DNA of 64,000 nt from Gracilinanus agilis (lineage: Eukaryota). Within the stretch, counting starts at the first letter, position 1. Every line of letters begins with the position of its first letter. The translations under genes were made by a program, and so were the position numbers. Where the stretch lies: contig NC_058135.1 in the NCBI RefSeq assembly GCF_016433145.1, positions 277,155,697 through 277,219,696 of the forward strand, written 5' to 3'. Below are positions 24,675 to 37,830 of the stretch, in pieces. The notes under the pieces were generated by a model. That model saw only the letters and a list, made by a program, of their open reading frames with translations, was not told the origin of the DNA and did not search any database.

Positions 24675-25466
24675 NNNNNNNNNNNNNNNNNNNNNNNNNN
24701 NNNNNNNNNNNNNNNNNNNNNNNNNNNNNNNNNNNNNNNNNNNNNNNNNNNNNNNNNNNNNNNNNNNNNNNNNNNNNNNNNNNNNNNNNNNNNNNNNNNN
24801 NNNNNNNNNNNNNNNNNNNNNNAGGGAAAGGGAAAGGAAGAGAGAGAGAGGTCCCAAACATGAACAGAATCAGCATCTAGGCAGATGAACTGGATCAGAA
24901 TTTTAAGATTAAGGAAAATCAGTGGCTAATCTTAGCTAAGAGAGCTGGGCAGGATAGAGAAAGAGAGAAAAAAAGGAAGGAAGAAAGAAAGAAAGGAAGA
25001 ANNNNNNNNNNNNNNNNNNNNNNNNNNNNNNNNNNNNNNNNNNNNNNNNNNNNNNNNNNNNNNNNNNNNNNNNNNNNNNNNNNNNNNNNNNNNNNNNNNN
25101 NNNNNNNNNNNNNNNNNNNNNNNNNNNNNNNNNNNNNNNNNNNNNNNNNNNNNNNNNNNNNNNNNNNNNNNNNNNNNNNNNNNNNNNNNNNNNNNNNNNN
25201 NNNNNNNNNNNNNNNNNNNNNNNNNNNNNNNNNNNNNNNNNNNNNNNNNNNNNNNNNNNNNNNNNNNNNNNNNNNNNNNNNNNNNNNNNNNNNNNNNNNN
25301 NNNNNNNNNNNNNNNNNNNNNNNNNNNNNNNNNNNNNNNNNNNNNNNNNNNNNNNNNNNNNNNNNNNNNNNNNNNNNNNNNNNNNNNNNNNNNNNNNNNN
25401 NNNNNNNNNNNNNNNNNNNNNNNNNNNNNNNNNNNNNNNNNNNNNNNNNNNNNNNNNNNNNNNNNN
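24675..25466. other. Two assembly gaps (24675-24822 and 25002-25466) flanked by purine-rich simple repeats
   Basis: Runs of N; (ggaaa), (ga) and (gaaa) repeats at the edges. Confidence 1.
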
Positions 25467-28400
25467 CTTTCTCACAAGTCAATTTATATCCCTTCAGATG
25501 TCATTACTATTGCTCTCCCCTGGATATCTCTGTTTGGAGAGCAGTTATGTAAGGAATGATTTGGGGGACCTCAACTACTCCCAAACTACTTGTTTACAGG
25601 AAGATGAAGGCCTCAATAAAATGTCAAGAGGCCCTTTTCCTCCTTTTCATGTGATGGCATGCTTCCCTACATGGTGACAACATAGTTTACAAATGGATAA
25701 GGAACCATTTTTTGATCCTGCCAGTTTTTACAACTATGCAAAAAAAGGAAGGACTCAACCAAATTTCATAGCCTGGAGAGGAGATTGTTTTGTGGATTTT
25801 AAAAAATTGAAATGTTCTTTGGGGCCAAAAGGTAAATGATTTCTCAAAATTATCCCAAATACATATTAATTTTCCACAGTTTCACCATATTCTCTCTTTA
25901 GTTGGAAGCCAAAGCTTAATTTAAATATAAACTTTCATATGACATTTCTCTTAATCTTCCCTGTTACCATCACCCTTGATGGAAGATAAAGTGTCTTCCC
26001 CATTAATTGCCTTGTAATAATTTTGTGGATATTTTGGTTATCAGTTTCCACTATAGATTTTAAGATCCGGAAAGGAAAACCTTTTGTAAATTTTATTTTG
26101 TATTCCATGGTTTTAGCCAAGTGACTGTAGCATAAATTAATGCTTACTCTGAGAATGGGGAACTAACCAATTACTCTAATTCACTAATAAAAACACAAGT
26201 ATGTTAGAGTCAATGATAGACATATTAATCATTACATTTTCTGTAGTGATCCCATTGAATCCTCCAAATGTTCATGTGAAATAAACAAGCAGGAATAGTT
26301 ATCAACTTTTGACAGATGAAGTCAAAAGAAATGGAAGATTGCCTGAAATCATGCATCTTATTAAAGTCAGAAAGAATACAATCAAAGCCTCTTAGCTTAT
26401 AGCCCAGTACTCTTTTTACAACATCACAATTATGACTGATTAATTTGAGGACAAATGCAATTAGTTTCCTGAGAGCATGGGTTGAAAACTTCCTTTCCTT
26501 AGTGATTTTAAAGTATGTAAATACAATTAAAGAAGATATGTTCATTAATCCCAGGAGGTCTGTGATTTTTTTTAAACCACATGTGGTTCATGTTTGGCTC
26601 CAAAGAGATGAGAAACAATAAATCATTCCGTTTTCAGAATTATTTTGTGCAGAGTCAGAACAGTATACTTTTTAACAGGTAAGTCAGGTCAACTGGGTGA
26701 AACTAACCTCTGTATTCTCTCTTCTAGATTGTTCTCCTAGTCCACTTGAGCAAGGTATGAGTACAGTATATATATATATTTGGGGTAAGATGAAATAAGC
26801 AATATTCTAGGAAAAAATTTAAAATATAAAATAAGTTCTTCAGGGTATCTAAATAAGGATGTTTTGAGAAAATTTCAGTGGTTAGTCATAGAATCTTGAG
26901 CTTAAGGCATAAAAAGGATATTGAGCAGTGGCATGATTGAGTAAAAGGAGCTCTAAACTTGAGTCCAAAGAACAGGATTTGATTTCTGGCTCTGAGACTT
27001 GTTGACTCCGTTTTCCTGCCCAGGTAATGTTACCTTTAACAGCCTTAACTTCAGCTGTCAAATGCAGATAATAATGATTTCAGGTTTGGAAAGGAGGTGG
27101 GAGGATAAGCATTTACAGATTACCTACTTATAATGAACTGTGTATTATTTTTTTTTTATAATTATTATCTCATTTGGTCTCATTAGTAGTAAAGAAGTGC
27201 CCTGCAAAGTACAAAACACCATAGAAATGTGTAGTTGACATTATCTACTCCATCTCTTCTAAAATCACCTATTTTCTTTATCATTTTATTGGTTCCCCTC
27301 AATTTTTGTAACATTATTTCTTAATTGGCATTCTTTCTTCTACTCTTTCTTTCAAGAAATAATTTATAATTATGATTCATCAAAGCCCAAATAAAAGGTA
27401 TCTTAACTACACATAACTCATGGACCTGTGCTTGTGAAGAAATTCTATAAGAAAAGACTTTATCAAAGACTTCAATGGACCTGTGATCTAAGTACTGTGG
27501 GTGTTGTCTCTAGTGGTTCAGATAGTAACTCACCAATATTTTATTTCTCCTGTTAAATTCTAAGTAAATGTAATGGTGTGTGATCACCTCTTCTTAACCA
27601 TGAGTTTGTAACTATCTCAACTATAGCATGTTCAAAATGTAATTCATTTTCTTATCCACCAAACTTCTCCCTGCACCAGATAACCTTCTTTCTCTTGAAC
27701 AGACAATAATCCTTTCAGTCACTCACATCAACAAATAAAGAATTATTGTTGACACTCCCCTGTCCCTTACACATCTCCCCTGCCATATTCAGTTAATTAG
27801 CTGCCCTGGTTTGTAATATTTTTTCCCTACATTTCATTGCACAATCATTTTTCTGTCCTCTCACAAATTTCTCTATCAAAGAAATCACATACAGATGCTC
27901 TGAGTCAGATTCTAAAATTCTTTATTATTATTTTTTAAAATTATAATAAATTTCCACATAAGTTTTCCAAAGTTATATGATCCATATTATCTCCTTCTCT
28001 TCTTTCTCCCTCCCTCCAGGAACTGACAAGTAATTCAATCTGGGTTATACTGGATATTATCATACAAAACATATTTACATATTGCTCATTTTTGTAAGCA
28101 AATTATCTTATAAAATCCAAACTGTGATACCTATGCCCAAATAAACAAATGATAAATCATGTTTTTCATCTGCATTTCTACTCCAACAGTTCTTTCTCTG
28201 GTGGCAGATAGCATTATTTTTCATAAGTTCTCAGAACTGTCCTGGTGCCTCTAGAACACTTGATACTATCTTAGTTACAACACATTATGCCAGCTGTCCA
28301 TATGCCATCTCTCTCTCCCAATAAATAATTATTCTCTTCCTGATTCATACATTTGGTAATATATTTATGACATTTATTGTATAGCATTTTACTAATAATA

Positions 28401-29036
28401 CCTGGTAATATAATCATGAAACTGATCACATGTACATGTTTCTCTTTGAGATTTTGGGCTAAGGAAATCTATTTTATGAATAAATTCACAGAAAGTTTGC
28501 CACCAAATTTGTAGGCATATGAAATTTGACATGTCCAAAATGAAGCTCATTATACTCCCTAAAAGTTTCTCTTTCTATGCTTGATAAAAGAAAACTCAGT
28601 ACACTAGATATATAGAAAATGGATTAGATAAAGGAGAGAAAGAAGGCAGGTATTTCAATTGGAAGGCTATTGTAATAGGTCAGATGATTGGTGATAAAGA
28701 AGTTAGTGAAAGTGGTAGCTGTGTCACATATCTAAGAAATTTTGAGGAGAGAAAGAAATAACAAGATTTGACAATTTATTGGATATATGTGGTAAATAAG
28801 ATTGAAGAGTCAAGAATTATAAAATATGATTTTGACTGACTGGGAATATGATTCTTTTCCCATGAGTTTGAAATGATGTCTATAAGACATTTAGTTTGAA
28901 ATGTCCAATATGTGGTTTGTGATATGAGACTAGAACTCAATACAACAATTAAAATTCAAAATATACATCTGAGAGGTAAATCTTCATAGAGATGTTAATT
29001 ACACCTTCTGTTATTTGATGGGGCCACTCTAATGAG

Positions 29037-30040
29037 TGTGTAGAGAAAAAAAACAATATAAAAAGACCCTGGATAGAAACATGTGGTGCAGTGTAATGAC
29101 ATTTTGCAAAGCAATATGGAAAGCAAGATGATGGACAGTTAGCTGTTTAGAACATGGAATGAACCAAGCCTGGTAGGAGCTGGCAGGTACCAACTCAGTT
29201 GATGCTGCAGTATTTAAGGAAGAATTTGAACTGGGACAGGGTCTCAATCTGAGATTTTTGGGGGAGGGGGAGATTGTGTGGTGGTGAAGGTAGGCCATAG
29301 GTCAACTTGAGTTACCAGCAACCTGCACTGACCAATTTCACAGTCCCAGATCTTGTGATACCTTATACTGAATAACTTGTTCCTGATTCATTCACCAAGA
29401 AGAAACAACAACTAGCACCAAAATAACCTGATTTACATAGAACCAGTTTGGTTCTGTCAGACTGGCAACTGGCAATTAACATTTGACAAGTGACAAGTCT
29501 GATTACCTGCAATTTCAAGTACCATCTTTGTCATCATTAGCTTAGATTAAGAATCTCTTGTTTCCCTCTTTCCCAGTTGTTGCCCTTCTTCCTTCCTAAA
29601 CGTGATAACATTAAATCTTTAAACTTACCTAGATTTGATGTCAACTCCATCTTAAAGGTTTAGTGATTATATCCTTGAGACATTTGAGGGAAAGGAGAAT
29701 AATATCAGTCATAGCAAGACATGATCCCCAGCCAGTTTTAGCATTATCCTTTCTAGCCAGAATAGTCAGAAGTAGCTGTGTAATTCCAGTCATAGATTCT
29801 TCATTTGGCTGTACATTCTGGGACACAGTTATTCTGAAGCTGAGTTTAGCAGATTCACTACAACTACTTCTGTGGGGTCCTTTGTGTTTCACTATCACAA
29901 CTTAAGTGTTAAACTTAGGTATCACCCATACGCATTCAGCTTCAGCTCCTCATAACACCAGGATACTTATAACAATAGCCATGGTTAATTTTTGGCTTGA
30001 TGTAAATACAATATCAAAAAAAAGTTTCTTTAATCTTTTA
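29037..30040. mobile_element. Copy-2-specific ~1 kb insertion: LTR-like 29037-29682 plus an unclassified 360 bp
   Basis: Absent from copy 1, where the flanks join near 11710-11720. The first part is bounded by TG...CA. Confidence 0.4.
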
Positions 30041-31943
30041 GTCAGAAGGTCAAAAGGAAAACCAATAGATAAATTTCTTGAAAAATCAGAGGGGTGAGAG
30101 TATCCAAGATAAGAAGGTGATCAATATTGATGGGGTGGGTAATATGAAATACACATTTCTACAATGTTCTATAATTTCCATAAATCATTCTCATTACAAG
30201 TGAGATTAGATATGATAGAAAGAAAAAGAATGAAAAGAATGAAGATTAAGAAAAGGTGATCATACCTTACAGTTCAGATATCACTTGTAACCAGAGTTAA
30301 TTTATAATATTTTATTTCATATACTCTATTTTCTAGCCAAATTGGCCTGCAATCTATTCCATGACACTGAAATTTTACCTCTTCTTTATACAATATGTGA
30401 CTATTTAGAAACTGTCATATATGGGAGTAGAAACACAGAAGCAAAACATATGTTGGATCCCATGGTTTGAAGAGGATATGATTAAGGTTTTGGCTTTAAA
30501 AGATCACTCTATTGCAAATACTAGTACTATTGGAAAAGTTTTGAGCAATGATATATGTATAACCCAGTGAAATTGCTTGTCATCTCCAGAAGGGGAGATG
30601 GAAGAGGAGTGGGAATGATCATGCATCATGTAACCATGGAAAAATATTCTTAATTAATTCATTAAATTTAAAAATAGAAACTGTTACATATGACTTAATG
30701 AAGTCTCTCTTCACCCTTTCCTACTTAAAGTCTTAGTTTCCTTATAGTCCCATTTCAGATGCTTCTTCATATGTGAATTCCTCCCATCCCTCCAGTTGTT
30801 ATTATACTTTCTTCTTCAAATTGCATTGATATATAAGTAAGATATACCTAAAACTACATACAAACAGACACATATATCTTATGCATATTAGTACGCTGCT
30901 TTGAAATTAGTATTTTTGTACAAATTGGTATTAGCAATTACACTTAGAAAAATTAAGTTGTTGGCAGGTTGGTTGGTGGTGGCCCTTTATACTCTTGGGA
31001 AAAAATGTAATCATTGTTGATATCCTCTGACTTCCCCATGAATTGGATTTAAGTGAGACAGAATTGCACTAAATCATAGAACTTTCTATCTCTTCCAAAG
31101 CCATCAAAGTCCACTTGTAAGACAAAAGTCGAGACAATTGGTGATTCTTTAGTAAACAATGGATGGATAACCTTGACTTCTTTAATGTGCAACCATGTCT
31201 AAGCACTCAATAAAACCTGCTTCCACTGCCTTTGTGGCCATTAAAACAAATTGTTCTCAACCACCTCTTCCAGTGAGGGACATCTTCATATTGGGTGTGA
31301 GAGGTTGGCTATTCCAGGCATGTGTGTAGAAAAAGGTAGAAAGTAGTCAAAGGAACTCTTATTACTAATTCTCCCATCTGGTAACCCCCTATTTTTAACT
31401 ATGGAACATGGGCAACAAAAGTTAAGTAATTTACCCAAGGATTCAAGGCTATAAGAAGAGGCAGAATCAAATTCTCCTTATGCCCAGTCCCATGGATCTC
31501 CCCACCTGCACTTCTGAGAATTCCCATATTCTTTTATAACCTAATACATTACCACTCCTAAAAGGAGATTTTCCTGATTTTCTCATCAGCTAGTTTCCTG
31601 AAATTACTTTGCTTGCTTGCCTTGTATTTTGCTTTTTCATGATGATTTTTCTTGAGAGAATATAAACAGTTTAAGGTAAGGGGCAATTTTGTATTTTTCA
31701 ATGAAATTCCAACACTTAACGGTGTTGTTTAAATACAGTAGGAATTAAATATGTTTATTGTTTTACCAATTGATTTTTTAAATCATGTATCCCTCCTGAG
31801 AGGCAGCTATGTGATCCAGTGGTTAGAACAATGAACCTAAAGGCAGTAAAACCCAAATTAAAATCTAGTCTCAGACATATACCAGACATTTAATTTAGGA
31901 AATATTACTTAACCCCTGTCTGCTACAGTTTGGGGATGATATG

Positions 31944-32654
31944 TGTGATAATTAGATTAAATCTACTCTGTCCATCTTTAGATTTAATCACCAATGGTGA
32001 ACACATTTCCATTTTTGGATGGACTGTAACCCACATGTGCTAGAGTAACAAAATCAGAAATTATTGACTGCCTCCTGAGCAGTCCTTAGAAAAGCGTCCG
32101 TTGTGATTGGACACATAAACTAAGAGGAAGGCACAGGAAGTGACACAAAAGAGGCTCCTTTAAAAAGAGAGAGTTGAATGAGTAAGGAGTTCTTCCAGTT
32201 AGTGGAGGAGTGCTGGCTGGGACCCTGAGACCTTGGTGAGACTGTTCTTAAATCTTCCTTTGGAATTCCACATGGTGAGTATAAAGACTGAATCTTCCTG
32301 AACTTCTTTTAAGGAACTTCCCTTTTAATAGAGGCTTTGTGACTGAAGCTTTTGCTTCATTCGCCTCTGAGGCCCTCTGGCCCTCTGAGTCTCCTACTTT
32401 GGGAATCAAGGCCAGATTTTCCTTGGCTGAGGGTTAATTAGATCTACCTGGATTAACTAGGGATGGGAGCAAATTACCTACTGTGTTAGATTCTTATTTC
32501 CTTATTTCTTCTTCCTCTTCTCAGTTGTAAATAAACTTCCATAAAAGTCATTTTAACTTGAGGTTACTCTTTATTTGGAGATTGATAATTAATAAATCCC
32601 CTGGTGACCTAACCTTTTAATATATTTACCCCCAAACCCCTTTTCCTCATTACA
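31944..32654 (+). mobile_element. Solo LTR (ERV1-like, 4-bp TSD) upstream of OR copy 2
   Basis: TGTGATA...CATTACA ends; TSD TATG at 31940-31943 and 32655-32658; TATA-like tttaaaaag at about 32159; AATAAA at about 32530 and 32590. Confidence 0.85.
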
Positions 32655-33062
32655 TATGGGGAAAATAATAGTATCTATTTCATAAATTTGTTGTAAGGTT
32701 TGAGATTTGTAAAATTTTCAATGCAGGTGTTAGCATAGAGTAGGGGCTTAATAAATGCCTATCCAATAATTCCACTCACTCTATTATAATAAATAGGTTT
32801 TCTGGAATAATGATGATGAAGAAGAATTATTTTTGTAGACCTTCATTGTTTTTAAAGTGGTTTATATATCTCATTTTCTCAGTCATTCAACTCTTTTTGT
32901 TTTCAACATGTTCAGTCCAGTTTTAAGCACACAATGGGTGACCTTAATGCTTAAATGACTGAAAAAGGGGGAGGGACTAATTTCATATCTAGTAAATCTG
33001 GAATTCAGGGAACTCTACTTTTCCATAGGTATATATTCTTCCCAAGATTTATGTGGCATTTC

Positions 33063-33099
33063 CATTCCTCTTTCCCCACAGATCATACCCATGGAATAG
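33063..33099 (+). promoter_or_regulatory. 3' splice acceptor plus minimal uORF (ATG GAA TAG)
   Basis: cattcctctttccccacAG at 33080-33081, 18 nt before the main ATG; uORF at 33091-33099. Confidence 0.7.
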
Positions 33100-34059
33100 A
33101 TGGCAAAATTCAACTTCACCCAAGTGACTGAATTTATTCTCAAAGGAATTACAGATCGTCCTGAGCTCCAGGCACCACTCTTTCTAATTTTCTTAGCCAT
33201 CTACACAGTCACAGTGGTAGGAAACCTTGGACTAATTACATTAATCAGGATGGACTCTCGACTTCACACACCTATGTACTTTTTTCTTTGTCATTTAGCT
33301 TTTGTTGACTTCTCCTATTCCTCAACTGTCACACCCAAGATGCTAGTACATTTTGTAGTGGAGAAAAATACCATTTCATTCAATGCATGTGCAGCCCAAG
33401 TAGGATGTTTTGTTACATTTGTAATAGCAGAGTGCTTTATTTTAGCTTCCATGGCCTATGATCGTTATGTAGCCATTTGTAATCCATTGCTTTACTTAGT
33501 TGTTATGTCTCAGAAAATCTGTATTCAGATAGTTGCTGTTGCTTATACATATAGTTTTGTGGGTGCCTTGACCAATACTATTGTCACATTCCGCCTATCG
33601 TACTGTGGTTCCAATGTCATCAATAATTTTTATTGTGATGATGTTGCCCTCTTACCTCTGTCCTGCTCAAACACATACACAAAACAGATGATGATATTTG
33701 TCTTTGCTGGGTTTAACATAATTTCTTCTTCATTGATTATCATAATCTCCTACATTTTCATCATTGGTTCTATCTTGCGTATCCGTTCTGCGGAGGGCAG
33801 GCTCAAAGCTTTCTCTACCTGTGGTTCCCACATGGTGGCTGTCACCATTTTCTATGGTACATTGATTTTTATGTACCTGCTACCAAAGTCAAAAGATTCC
33901 CTGGACACTGATAAAATAACATCTGTGTTTTACACAATGGTTATTCCCATGCTGAATCCTTTAATTTACAGTTTAAGGAACAAAGATGTGAAAGAGGCCT
34001 TAAGGAAAGCTGGAGGGAAAGGATTTGAAAAACTAAAAAAGATTCAGTCCAGAAAGTGA
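33100..34059 (+). CDS. Olfactory receptor, class II, OR8U3 (OR5R1)-like, copy 2, 319 aa
   Basis: Intact OR motifs; about 81% amino-acid identity to copy 1 (about 61 differences by hand count). Confidence 0.95.
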   Translation: MAKFNFTQVTEFILKGITDRPELQAPLFLIFLAIYTVTVVGNLGLITLIRMDSRLHTPMYFFLCHLAFVDFSYSSTVTPKMLVHFVVEKNTISFNACAAQVGCFVTFVIAECFILASMAYDRYVAICNPLLYLVVMSQKICIQIVAVAYTYSFVGALTNTIVTFRLSYCGSNVINNFYCDDVALLPLSCSNTYTKQMMIFVFAGFNIISSSLIIIISYIFIIGSILRIRSAEGRLKAFSTCGSHMVAVTIFYGTLIFMYLLPKSKDSLDTDKITSVFYTMVIPMLNPLIYSLRNKDVKEALRKAGGKGFEKLKKIQSRK

Positions 34060-35739
34060 AGGTATTTCAAAAGCATTTGGGAGAAGGATGAATTTTCCTT
34101 TATTTTTTTCAGTTGCTTTTAGTAATTTGACTTCTATGTCTCATTCATTCATTTTCTGTATTATCTTAAGACTTTGTCTTCTTCACAAGGGGCAATCCTG
34201 TACTGTACTGGAGATTGTGTGATATCAGAGCTTTCTGTCAGGATTCTCTAGTCTCATTAACTGCCATTTTAATCCTACAAGAAGCCAAGATGTTTTGGTG
34301 AATATCCCAAACTTTATAACATAATAGAGCTACTAGCTTGAAGCTGTTATGGCTAAAGGAACCTCTCAGTAAGCCACCTAGTGGTATAGTCAAAAGAGCA
34401 GACTCTAGAATCAGAAGACAGATCTGCAGTCCTACCTCTAATGGATTTTTATTTGCCTGACTCAGACAAAATCTCCCAAGTGTGGTGGACCTTTGCTTCC
34501 TCATTTGTAAAATAAGGAGATTAAGACAACTGACCTCTAGAGACTCCTATGGCTTTGTGAGTTTGATGGTAATTAGATTGATTTGCAGATTTTAAAATAT
34601 GGTGCCAAATATAGTAATGCAACTCATTTTTTGAGGTAATTCTAGCATTGGAAGACTCTTCTAAGCATTCCTAATTCTAATAATAAAATAATCCTAATAT
34701 CCTCTCCTGTCACACCTTTTAAGAACTCAGGTAGCTTCTATGCCCTGGAAAGGCAGCCTTGGAAGAATGCCAGATCCTTCTTAGAGTTCCTCCTTCAAAG
34801 AATGTTTCCTTTTCACTGGTAGTCTACTATGAATATGCTGATATTCTTGGCCATTGTTAGTTCATACTGTATCAAAAAAAGTAACTCAGCTCTCTGTGAA
34901 TAGCTGAGAACAAAGATGATCTACCATCTCTTATGCAGCCCTACCAACAAAATAAGATTTATTTTTTGAGGGAAAAATGAGACAATGAATGTGAAAGTGG
35001 TTCTGAATTATGTCACACCCTACATATAAAAATAAAACTATTATTCATTCCATGCAACAGTCAAGATATCACATATTACATGAATATTTATTTTTTCCTT
35101 GAAAGGATTATAAAATGCTAAGTTCCCTATAAGACATTTACATGAAATATGTTATCCCATAATAATATATTTAGTCACCGGATGAGGGGTTTTCCAGAAA
35201 AAGTTGGGCACCTAAAGATCATCAATAATGCATATGCTCTGTGGTTTCTTTTAAAGCTTTATTATTTTTTAAATTGGTTTGAGGGTTTAATTCAACCAGT
35301 CATAAAATTTTTCAACCTAGATTATGTCCAGAGAATAATTTTGTTTTTCCCCCTTTCTCCAAGATAGCCAGGGAAAGTAGAATTTGAATATTTTTATCTT
35401 GAGACAAAATTTCTCTCATCCTATTGTTGGTTCTCCCGAGATAAACTCTCATTTATAAAATGAACATATAAATACACATATCCACACATAAATAAATTTA
35501 ACGATAAATAAACAGTTCAATCAATAGATGGAAATAGATATAGATATAGATATATAGGTATAGATATCTATCTAGCAGGTACATTTGTGTGTCTGCATGT
35601 GTTTCTGTGTGTGTGTATAGGGTCTGGGTTCAGTTGCCTTACATTACAATTATCAACAACATAAAGAACATTTAGAAAAGGCTTAACAGTATTTTTCAAA
35701 AGTGAAAGACCTTCAGTCCATATCATTTCAGGAGCAATT

Positions 35740-35945
35740 AAAGGAATTAGAATGCTTAGAAGAGAAAACTCAGGAAGAAACAGGAATGATAGGTTGAATT
35801 TATAAGGATTCAAATTTAGACTTGATATCGGGGTATATAATAAAAATAATTTTAATGATTTCCTAGCAGTTACAGATGATCAAAATAATAATAGGATCCT
35901 TCAGTAAGGAATGAGTTTCCCTGCATTAGAGGTTTTCAAGACTGG
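35740..35945 (+). mobile_element. CR1/L3 3' fragment
   Basis: ggattcaaatttagacttgat...gagtttccctgcattagaggttttcaag resembles the CR1/L3 3' end. Confidence 0.5.
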
Positions 35946-36949
35946 TAAAATATACCAAAATATGAAATATATTACAAATATGCCTTAATGGCATTTCTAA
36001 TCTTCCAGAAGCCTTCCTTGTAGCCTTAAAATTGATCTTAAGATAGTATTAAGGCTTTTGAAACACTTCAAATACTGAATAAGAAAATAAGCAAAATACA
36101 TTTTTAAATTCACTTATAGGTAATATATGACATATTTTTAATTGAACTTTTTAAATATTCTGGATTATTTCTGGGGTTGTTTGGCTTTATTTCCTTTTCT
36201 CTTTTCCAACTCCAGATTTTGTGATTCTGTGACTAAGAATTGGGATACATTGTAATGCTTAAATGAGAAAATGGATTTAAAGCCCATTGTAAACCTTAAA
36301 GTGCTATATAAATGCCAATATTTTTATTAATAGCATATAGTTCCCAGGCCTCTTGTTTAGCAATGACTTCATTCCATGAATTTTCTACTACACTTCAAGA
36401 AACCTTGAACAACCTTGGTAGAACAATAAAGGGCTATGCTATAGTAAATATTTAATAACTGGGTCCTCCTGGAAAAAGTACATATTCAAATTTTTAAGTT
36501 TTATCTAAATTATTAACATTTCTTAAATCTAAGCAATCAGCAAGACAATAAATCAAGCTTGTCAATTTCTGAGGAATAAATTTTCATTTGAAAAATTTAA
36601 TAATCACTTCTTACAAAAGGTTATACCAGAATCCAGCACACTCTAACAAAGGAGATATATTAACCCTTGGATACCACTTTATATATTATCTTAAAGTTTC
36701 TAGAATCATAAAATTTTAGGTAGAAGGAACAAAAATATAGTGGACCTAGTTCCAACCTGCTCCCTAGAGCTTATTATTAAATTTTCAAAATGAGCATTTA
36801 TATCTGGGATCTGGAAACTCAAGTAATGAGGGTATGCTTTGTCACTTTGTTGCTTATCTAAACTTTAAAAAGTGATAAAGAAAATATTAACAATAGAGAT
36901 TAATCATAAAATCATAATCATAAAATCAAAAAAATAATCAAATCAGGAG

Positions 36950-37830
36950 AAGATGCTGGAGTAAAATCAGCAACTCAGATGGACATTGACAACATTCACT
37001 TCCAGAAAACTTTAAAATTATTTTTCAAATTGTATTTCAGGATGTCAGAGCCAAAAAAAATCAGTGTGAGATATTTTCTAGTCCAAAACAGCTCAGCAGG
37101 TCAGCAGGAGAGGAAAACTAAATGTTTTCAAACCAGAGCTGAAAAGAAAATTAGTCATTCAAACACAAGACTGAAGAGAAGCATAAAAATATATACACAA
37201 AGAAGAAATCTTAAGGGACTCATTAAAGTTAAGCTCTTGATCTTGCCATATGGAAATATGGCATTTATCATGCCTAAGGATTTGATCATTCTTAGAGCAA
37301 TTAGAATTAATATGAAATGCATGGACATGAGTTGACTGTGAAGGGATATTCTCAAAAACTTAAGATATGAGAATGAAAGATGCCTTGGGAGAAGGGGGAA
37401 AGGGGAAGAAAATGTGAAAAATTATGTCAATTAAAATTAGTGCACAAAGAATAACTTTTTAATAGAGGGGAAAATGGCAGGGAATGGCAGGTAACATATT
37501 CTTATTGGAATTGTTTCAAAGAGGGAATAGCATACACCTAGTCGAATAGAGAAATCTAATTTAGTCATCAGGGAAATAGGAGGGAAAAGGGGCAAAAGAA
37601 TGGAGGGAGATGGTAGAGGGTAAGAAAGATTAAGGGAAGAAGTAGACAGAAACAAAACTGACTTTTGATGAGAGATAGAGTAAAAAGAGAAAAAGAGAAG
37701 GACAATCAAAGAAAAAATGAAATGGAAGAAAATAAAGAGTTTGTAAACATACCTGTGGATGTGAATGGGATGTACTCATCTATAAAGTTAAAATGGTGAG
37801 GGATATTTTAAAAAAAAACTGTTACAAAGG
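36950..37830 (+). mobile_element. Old L1 fragment (5' start and inter-ORF spacer)
   Basis: ggagaagatgctggag start, purine-rich spacer, then an ORF2-start-like gtgaatgggatgtactc. Confidence 0.55.

Larger units (their letters stand above)
21630..35650 (+). repeat. Tandem segmental duplication, copy 2 (contains OR at 33100)
   Basis: Same anchors as copy 1, in the same order and orientation. Confidence 0.9.
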
